Below are positions 57,705 to 64,000 of a DNA stretch of 64,000 nucleotides, in pieces; position 1 is the stretch's first letter, and each line of letters starts with the position of its first letter. The position numbers and the translations under genes were made by a program. Under the pieces are notes generated by a model. That model saw only the letters and a program-made list of their open reading frames with translations, had not been told where the DNA came from and did no database searches. The DNA is from Pelotomaculum sp. (lineage in GTDB: Bacteria; Bacillota; Desulfotomaculia; Desulfotomaculales; Pelotomaculaceae): the NCBI GenBank assembly GCA_022839445.1, contig JALHFC010000006.1, forward strand, positions 2,029 to 66,028, in the 5' to 3' direction.

Positions 57705-57758
57705 ATGAATATTGCACATGCTATACTTGTGCTTGTCCAACCCGGTCAACTATTGTAA
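57705..57758 (+). promoter_or_regulatory. candidate 17-codon leader ORF (MNIAHAILVLVQPGQLL) upstream of the ABC-F gene
   Basis: RBS GGGGAAGGGGA lies 5 nt upstream. The stop codon sits inside a 7-bp hairpin CAACTAT/ATAGTTG (57748-57771), just before the ABC-F RBS. Confidence 0.3.
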
Positions 57759-57786
57759 ACTGGATAGTTGAAAGGAGAGGGCAGTT

Positions 57787-59697
57787 TTGATCCTGGTACA
57801 GGCGGCGCAAATAGCAAAATCTTTCGGCTCTCACAGAGTTTTTACCAACCTCAGTCTTATTATTCAAGAGGGGCAGAAGGTTGGTATTGTTGGCGTTAAC
57901 GGGGTGGGCAAATCCACTTTTTTGAAAATATTGACCGGCGAACTAGCGCCTGACGCCGGTGAGGTAATAAAAGCCAGGGAGTTGTCGTTGTCCTACCTGG
58001 CCCAGGATGGCGGTCTAGAATCGGGACACAGTATTTGGGACGAGATGCTTACGGTGTTTACCCCGCTTATTGATATGGAAAAAAAACTGCGGGCAATGGA
58101 AAGGCAGATGTCTAAAACCTCCATGGGTGAGTGCGCTAGTAAGCAATTACTGGAGAGCTATGATAACCTTTATGCTTTGTTTAAAAGCCAAGGCGGTTTC
58201 GACTATGAGACCAGCACCCGTATGGTGCTGAGCGGGCTGAAATTTGCCGGTACCGACCTTTCCACTCCGGTCAATACCTTGAGCGGAGGTCAGAAAACAC
58301 GCCTGGCCCTGGCCCGCTGCCTGCTTGGCGAACCGGACCTGCTAATTTTGGACGAACCAACAAATTATTTGGATATGGACAACCTGGCTTGGCTGGAGCA
58401 GTACCTTAAATCATACCGCGGGGCTGTGCTGGTGGTTTCACATGACAGGTATTTCCTTGATTCCCTGGTTAGAATCATATATGAATTAACACCTTCCGGC
58501 CTTACCCGTTACACCGGCAATTACAGCTCATATATCCAACAAAAAGCTGTCCTAATCGCTCAACAGTTGAAAGACTATAACCGGCAGCAGGCCGAAATCG
58601 TCCGCCAGGAGGAATTTGTGCGGCGCAATATCGCCGCCAAAGACACCACCAGGCGGGCGCAAAGCCGTCTCAAGGCGCTGGGAAAAATGGATCGCCTGGA
58701 ACGCCCGGGCAGGGAGCGGCGGGTGGCCCTATCCTTTAACCTTACACGTCCAAGTGGTATGGAGGCGTTGCAGACATTCGGCCTGGATATCGGTTACGCT
58801 GGTCAACCCTTGGCCGGTGGCTTGGATTTGCAAATAAACAGGGGCGAGCGGGTAGCTCTAGTTGGTGCAAATGGCGCCGGCAAGTCTACCCTCCTAAAGA
58901 CCATTGCCGACAAGCTTGCGCCCCTGGCCGGGCGAGTAACGCTAGGCAGTCATGTCCGGCTAGGCTATTACGACCAGGAACAACACGGGCTACACGGTGA
59001 CAAGCCGGTCCTGCACGAGCTTTGGGACCGTTACCCCAACCTGGACGAGGTGGATGTACGTACTGTGCTGGGCAGGTTTTTATTTTCAGGTGATGATGTG
59101 AAAAAACGTGTGGCCAACCTAAGCGGTGGTGAAAAATCCCGGCTAGCGCTGGCCGCGTTAATGCTACGGAAGGCTAATTTTTTACTCCTGGATGAACCCA
59201 CCAACCACCTGGACTTGCCTGGCAGGGAGGCGCTGGAGGAAGCCCTAGACGGCTATCCGGGTACTATCCTATTTGTATCGCACGATCGCTACTTTATTAA
59301 TAAAGTAGCGACTAGGGTGCTGGAACTCTCAAACAGTGAGATCTCCAGCTACCTTGGGAACTATGATTACTATTTTTTGAAAAAGGTAGAACGGGAGCAG
59401 CAGGCGGTTAAAGCTATTAACACCGGGCCGGTCCGGGTGGAAAGCGCGGAAAAGAGGAATTATCTGCTAAGGAAAGAAGAAGAACGGCAAAAACGTATGC
59501 GACGCCACCGGGTGGAAGAACTGGAACGGGTTATTGCTGAGCTGGAGGATACTATTTCCCGTCTTGAGGCGGAGCTTTTGTTGCCCGAAGTTTACCGGGA
59601 TTATGTAGCCTGCCAGGTACGGCAGGGCGAACTGGAGGAGGCCCGCTCTAATCTGCACGACCATATGGAAAAGTGGCTGGGTCTGGTAGAGGATTGA
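57787..59697 (+). CDS. ABC-F family ATPase (translation factor / possible ribosome-protection type)
   Basis: 636 aa with two ABC cassettes (GVNGVGKST ... LSGGQKTRLAL; GANGAGKST ... LSGGEKSRLAL), no TM domain, an inter-domain linker and a coiled-coil C-terminal extension. Confidence 0.92.
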   Translation: MILVQAAQIAKSFGSHRVFTNLSLIIQEGQKVGIVGVNGVGKSTFLKILTGELAPDAGEVIKARELSLSYLAQDGGLESGHSIWDEMLTVFTPLIDMEKKLRAMERQMSKTSMGECASKQLLESYDNLYALFKSQGGFDYETSTRMVLSGLKFAGTDLSTPVNTLSGGQKTRLALARCLLGEPDLLILDEPTNYLDMDNLAWLEQYLKSYRGAVLVVSHDRYFLDSLVRIIYELTPSGLTRYTGNYSSYIQQKAVLIAQQLKDYNRQQAEIVRQEEFVRRNIAAKDTTRRAQSRLKALGKMDRLERPGRERRVALSFNLTRPSGMEALQTFGLDIGYAGQPLAGGLDLQINRGERVALVGANGAGKSTLLKTIADKLAPLAGRVTLGSHVRLGYYDQEQHGLHGDKPVLHELWDRYPNLDEVDVRTVLGRFLFSGDDVKKRVANLSGGEKSRLALAALMLRKANFLLLDEPTNHLDLPGREALEEALDGYPGTILFVSHDRYFINKVATRVLELSNSEISSYLGNYDYYFLKKVEREQQAVKAINTGPVRVESAEKRNYLLRKEEERQKRMRRHRVEELERVIAELEDTISRLEAELLLPEVYRDYVACQVRQGELEEARSNLHDHMEKWLGLVED

Positions 59698-59774
59698 ATT
59701 AATAAAAAAGATTTAATTTATCGACATATTGATATATTTATGTGCACAGAAAAGAACAGAAAAATAACAAGCTT

Positions 59775-59806
59775 AAACGTCCGATGGGTTTGGACGTTTT
59801 TGTTTT
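59775..59806 (+). terminator. intrinsic terminator after the ABC-F gene
   Basis: AAACGTCC / GGACGTTT 8-bp stem followed by TTGTTTT. Confidence 0.75.
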
Positions 59807-60173
59807 CCGGCAGCATCCTCTCATAAGAGGACGGTTGGATGTCGTAAAGCCTGGCCAGTGTTTTTTCCAGCCGGTTGGCCTTGGGAACAGGGTGGGTAGG
59901 TGGCAGGACAACGCCAAATCGTTGGCCGCAATGCTACCGACTTTCCCATATGTACAGGATGAAGATTGGGTGGGCAGGAAAACAATTCAACCAAATGTTA
60001 ATGATAATAATTAATATCCGGTTAATACTCTGCTTCTCAACTTAAATAGATATAAAGGTTACCTTAATGAAGTAAAAATATTAAAAAATTCGCAAACGCG
60101 GGCTATGACAACGGCAAGAATTACACAAGCCTGAAAGCAAAGGGAATAATGTGAGGGAAAAGGTAGTGTTAAA

Positions 60174-60422
60174 ATGCCGCATCCGATATATAATAACCTT
60201 GAGGTGATTAATGTGGCAGTCGAGAGGAAGCATGTTAAAGCTCTTATAGACCAGTTGAACGATGAACAAGTACGGGCATTATGGGTCATACTTAATTCTA
60301 TGGCCTGGCCGACCGAAAAGATCTCAGCGAAAGAAGCAGTAGAAATAGAAGAATCTTTTACCGAGATAGATGCCGGAAAAGGCGTAAAAGCCGAAGACGT
60401 CTGGAGGGAACTCGGTGTTTGA
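60174..60422 (+). CDS. putative type II antitoxin
   Basis: 82 aa and acidic. It overlaps the downstream RelE-like gene by 8 nt. Confidence 0.6.
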   Translation: MPHPIYNNLEVINVAVERKHVKALIDQLNDEQVRALWVILNSMAWPTEKISAKEAVEIEESFTEIDAGKGVKAEDVWRELGV

Positions 60423-60672
60423 GATAACATTTTCCCCGCAGGCTATACGGCAGCTAAAATCTTTAGAAAGAAACTTGCAAGAACGGATTAAAGCGGCTTT
60501 AGAAAGAAACCTACGCATGTTTCCACCCAAGGGAGATGTTGTTAAGCTGGAATACGCTGATAATCGCTTCAGGTTACGAGTAGGTGACTGGCGAGTAACT
60601 TACAGATACGTGTTTGAAAATCAGGAAGTTCACATAGCTGAAGTCATACACCGGAGTAAAGCGTATCGATAA
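60415..60672 (+). CDS. RelE/ParE-family type II toxin
   Basis: 85 aa; FRLRVGDWRVTYRY....V.IAEVIHRSKAY matches the RelE/StbE core pattern. Confidence 0.8.
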   Translation: MFEITFSPQAIRQLKSLERNLQERIKAALERNLRMFPPKGDVVKLEYADNRFRLRVGDWRVTYRYVFENQEVHIAEVIHRSKAYR

Positions 60673-60914
60673 TACTGAAGTTAAATAAAGTTATGGCCCG
60701 AACGGCCAAGAAGAGGACGGAAAACAGGACAAATGATCCTAACCGTCCTTTATTATTCTAACTTAAATGGGTTCTGGAAGGCACTGGCTCCTCCGACGAG
60801 TCGGGCTTGCCACCTCGGGCCGGTGATGGCGCCGTTAATACAAAAAATTAAAATGTTAACCCAAGCCAAGGCTAAAGACGTGGTAAAATATAGTTAGCTA
60901 TAAAGACAGAGGTG

Positions 60915-61159
60915 ATGCTCTTGTACCATTCCAGAAATATAGATAATGATGTAACACAATATATTCCATTGTTAGTCGAAGTTCTAAACGGAAGAGGGTT
61001 TGCTGCCTAAAGACCTGGCTGATACCATGAAGCAGATTGCAGGCTTTACGAAATATTTTGGTCCATGATTATCTGGAGATTGATCCAAAGATCGTATACG
61101 AAAGTTTAAAAAAGCTTAGTGATTTTAAAAGATTTGCCGAACATGTTATAACCTGGTAG
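60915..61159 (+). pseudogene. HepT/DUF86-type toxin remnant with two frameshifts
   Basis: Three frames together read ...LLVEVLNGRG / LLPKDLADTMKQIAGF / RNILVHDYLEIDPKIVYESLKKLSDFKRFAEHVITW*. The RNxLVHxY motif is the DUF86 signature. The N-terminal third and the cognate MntA gene are absent. Confidence 0.6.
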
Positions 61160-61307
61160 AATTATAGCAGACAGCACGGTAGAAAAAAATAATTGTGTCA
61201 GAATTTGTGTTAAATATATCTGTTGGGGGGGGGACTAATTCGATTACTTATGTTGTGGTTTTATTATTCTAGGGCTAAGCGCCTGGAAATTCAAGGAGTG
61301 ATTTTAC

Positions 61308-61523
61308 ATGTTAGAATTTAACGCAACCCTTATAGCACAAGCTGTTGACCTTTTAATTCTTATTATTGTTTTTGGTGGCATTATCGCTATTATTTTTAAA
61401 ACCCGTTCTTTTGTTAAAAATGTTCATAATAAAATTGAAAGGATGGATAACGAGATAAAAGAAATAAAAAATATTTTGAAAACAAACTCTGCTTTTTTTA
61501 ATGAAAGGAATGTGCAAGATTGA
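61308..61523 (+). CDS. small membrane-anchored coiled-coil protein (71 aa), hypothetical
   Basis: RBS AAGGAG, one TM segment, AT-rich context. Confidence 0.4.
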   Translation: MLEFNATLIAQAVDLLILIIVFGGIIAIIFKTRSFVKNVHNKIERMDNEIKEIKNILKTNSAFFNERNVQD

Positions 61524-61534
61524 AGCAATAATTC

Positions 61535-62531
61535 ATGCCTATTAAAGTATTTATTGAAAGTGAGAGAGACAAGTTGAAGTTAAAAAACATTATAATAATA
61601 ACAATTGCCGGTGTTTTTGCGGTTTGTGCAATTTGGAGTTGGTTCTCATTAAGTCCGACTATTAAACCGAAAGACATTGAAATGATTGGGGTTTTGAAAG
61701 ATAGGGGAAATGATTCTTGTGTTACCACACCATATTACTTAAATATTCAGTTAATGAATTAATCCGGAAGACCCCTTTGCAATAAGGAAAGCTACTTTCA
61801 TTTTGTGTATCCATATACAGATGGGGCCGGAATTGGTATTTACGACTTCAATAAAGGCTGGTCGGAAGGCAGACCCGTGGGCCAGGAGGAGTTCGTGATT
61901 GGTTCGGACAGCAGAATAGAGCGCTTTGCAGGCGGGAAGCTTGAGCAAATTGGAATACAGCTTCCCGGCGATTCATCATACGGATTTAAGCAGTATTTGC
62001 CGGATGGATTGCAATTTAGAGGAGAGCAGTATCCGGCGGTAGCAAGGATGTATGTTAATTATTTTGGTAAGCCATTTAGAAAAGAAAACTTGGTTTTAAT
62101 TTATGCTCATTACGAAAAGAGATGTTTCTCCAGATGGCGGGGAGGTGGCCATAGCCTACCATGATGGCGGGCGGCATGAGGGACCGCACCTGCTATCAAC
62201 TAACGGGGATGGAAAGGACCGCTTTTTGAAGATGCATATTTCTCCTCGCGGATTTGCCTGGTCCGATGACGGAAAAAAAGTGGCCTATTGGGGCGGACAA
62301 GGGAGTTCAGCCGAATGTTTTACCGTCGATATTTTTGATCGTGAGAGCGGGCAAAATATAACCCGTCTACAAGGCGTGCAAAACTGCGTTTTCCTGGACA
62401 ATAAAAACCTGCTTTTCGTAAGGTTGGAAGGTGAGGCCTTTTCCTCCTCTTATCCCGCCCTGGTAAACCTGGAGGGCAAATCTATCGAAATAGTACCGGG
62501 CATTGAAAGGGTATCCAGGGTGGCGAAATAG
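61535..62531 (+). pseudogene. membrane-anchored PD40/beta-propeller-like protein split over three frames
   Basis: 61535-61762 carries the TM anchor; 61805-62164 and 62103-62531 carry DVSPDGGEVAIAY and FAWSDDGKKVAYW repeats. The consecutive fragments overlap. Confidence 0.5.
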
Positions 62532-62712
62532 GTTAACAGCTTGGCTGCAGTCCGTTGGAATGCTAGCGGCAGGGATTATCATCATTTCTTCCGGTTACTT
62601 AAGTTATCCAAATAAGTGCTTTTAGTTTTTTAAAAAATGGGTGACAAAAAAGCCCCGGTGTTATATTATAATATTCAAGCAAGTGTTTTAACGTTGGCAA
62701 GGTGGTGGCTTT

Positions 62713-63072
62713 GTGTTGAACGGCAAAGAGCGGGATGTTTGTGATATCTTTTGTTTTAATGAGGAAAAGGTAACCCGCCTGCGTAAAGAAGTTGAAGACA
62801 TTAGTGGTTTGGCGCCTATTTTTAAGGCCCTGGCCGATGAAACCAGGCTAAGAATAATCTACGCTCTCTTCTTGGATGAGCTTTGTGTGTGCGATGTGGC
62901 CAGTATAGTCGGTTCCACCGTGGCCGCGGCCTCCCACCACCTGCGTTTACTGAAAAGCGCCGGCCTGGCCAAATACCGCAGGCAGGGGAAGCTGGTTTTT
63001 TATTCCCTGAATGACGACTGCATTGCTACCATTATTGAAACCGCTCTGAAGCATAGGAAGCACAACGGCTGA
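62713..63072 (+). CDS. ArsR/SmtB-family metal-responsive repressor (CadC-like)
   Basis: ELCVCD metal-site motif and HTH VAAASHHLRLLKSAGL. GTG start. Confidence 0.88.
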   Translation: MLNGKERDVCDIFCFNEEKVTRLRKEVEDISGLAPIFKALADETRLRIIYALFLDELCVCDVASIVGSTVAAASHHLRLLKSAGLAKYRRQGKLVFYSLNDDCIATIIETALKHRKHNG

Positions 63073-63143
63073 TCCATAATATATAGCAAGGCCACTCTAA
63101 ACTGAGCAAACATTATATTTATTTAAAACCGGAGGCTCTGCAC

Positions 63144-64000
63144 ATGTCACAATTAAAACCGGCGCCGGATGGCTTCCGCACTAAGACAAGCTCTCTCAGG
63201 CTTCGTGGTCTGGATTGCGCCGACTGTGCGGCCAAACTGGAAAGCAAAATTTCCCTGCTGCCGGGGGTAGAATCCGCCAGCGTCAACTTTGGCGCATCCA
63301 GCCTGACATTGCATCACACCTGCCCGGCAGGGGATATTATCAGCGCGGTGAAAGAATCCGGGTATGACGTTGATACGGCGGAGGGCGGGAAGGTACATTA
63401 CTATAAAGATGTAAAAACGATACTTACGGCGCTATCCGGGGCCTTTCTCGGCTCAGGAATAATACTGTCTTTCCTTGGCGCCCCGGATTTCCGGATCATG
63501 GCCGCTTATTTGCTATCCATGCTAACCGGGGGTTTTTACATAGTGTTAAGCGCCATTTATTCTTTGCGCTCTTTGAACCTGGATATAAACATCCTGATGG
63601 TAGTAGCTGTAGCCGGCGCAGTAACCATTGGCCAGTGGTCCGAAGGGGCCGCCGTGGTCTTTCTTTTTTCTCTCGGTAATGCGCTCCAGTCCTATACTAT
63701 GGATAAGACCAGGTACTCGATCCGGTTTCTGATGGATCTTTCCCCGCAAGAAGCTACGGTCAGGCGGAACAAAACCGAGATTAGACTTCCCACCGCTGAA
63801 ATAGTTCCCGGTGATATCCTCCTGGTCCGTCCGGGGGAAAGGATCGCCATGGACGGGGAAGTCTTACTCGGATCTTCCGGCGTGGACCAGTCCCCTGTTA
63901 CCGGTGAGTCCATTCCGGTGGAGAAAAATAAGGGTGATAAGGTTTATGCCGGTACCGTCAACGGGCGTGGCTACTTGGAAGTTGTAGTAACACGGGCGGC
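63144..64000 (+). CDS. cadA: heavy-metal (Cd/Zn/Co-type) P1B-ATPase, N-terminal part (3' end outside window)
   Basis: ATG lies 8 nt after GGAGG. There is an HMA domain with CADC, TM helices and the actuator motif PVTGESIPVEK. The frame is open to the window end, so it is absent from the ORF track. Confidence 0.88.
   Translation, partial: MSQLKPAPDGFRTKTSSLRLRGLDCADCAAKLESKISLLPGVESASVNFGASSLTLHHTCPAGDIISAVKESGYDVDTAEGGKVHYYKDVKTILTALSGAFLGSGIILSFLGAPDFRIMAAYLLSMLTGGFYIVLSAIYSLRSLNLDINILMVVAVAGAVTIGQWSEGAAVVFLFSLGNALQSYTMDKTRYSIRFLMDLSPQEATVRRNKTEIRLPTAEIVPGDILLVRPGERIAMDGEVLLGSSGVDQSPVTGESIPVEKNKGDKVYAGTVNGRGYLEVVVTRA

Noticed and set aside
59742-60014. 90-aa + strand ORF
   Set aside because: It runs through the ABC-F terminator hairpin and lies opposite an XRE-like remnant. 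It has no RBS and is probably spurious.
1-64000. Scan for CRISPR arrays, tRNA/rRNA genes, IS elements, integrases, prophage or defence-system genes
   Set aside because: I recognised no regularly spaced direct repeats, no tRNA T-arm/acceptor patterns, no rRNA, and no transposase, integrase or phage structural motifs. Only decayed remnants in the 59.7-62.6 kb region were seen.

Overview
This 64-kb window looks like a chromosomal core segment of an endospore-forming Firmicute. Gene content and synteny resemble Clostridia of the Peptococcaceae/Desulfotomaculum group; that taxon call is inference only. Most genes are on the + strand.

Gene order:
- 1-8 kb: partial flavoprotein, spmA-spmB, an orphan PAS histidine kinase, a NitT/TauT-type ABC importer and rluB.
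- 8-20 kb: an aromatic amino-acid supraoperon (HutP-family gene, aroH, dedA-like gene, leader, trpEDCFBA, leader, aroF-tyrA-aroA).
- 20-37 kb: cmk-plsC, an ispH::S1 fusion, DUF1614-spoIIP-YIEGIA, DUF512-der-plsY-gpsA, spoIVA and hom-thrB-ask.
- 37-47 kb: a more accessory stretch with two MFS exporters, a broken apgM, a broken AtuA-like gene plus DUF4387, a bacterial GH3-family ligase and a copper-amine-oxidase-N-domain protein.
- 47-55 kb: an ECF sigma / anti-sigma / GldG-like / ABC-2 exporter / secreted-protein cluster.
- 55-64 kb: aspA, an ABC-F gene, an AT-rich islet with toxin-antitoxin genes and gene remnants, then arsR-cadA.

I found no rRNA, tRNA, CRISPR array or intact transposase or integrase.

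Main observations:
1. The trpE leader carries eleven NAG triplets in strict 5-nt phase, followed by a strong intrinsic terminator. This is the signature of TRAP-type attenuation, but no mtrB-sized ORF is in the window. A HutP-family (NAG-repeat-binding) protein gene sits at the head of the same supraoperon.
2. At least eight genes, including aroA and rluB, carry short internal deletions or frameshifts relative to their families.
3. A 217-nt rod-like hairpin RNA candidate (6S-like or MITE-like) lies downstream of spmB.

All homology calls rest on motif recognition by eye; no searches were run.
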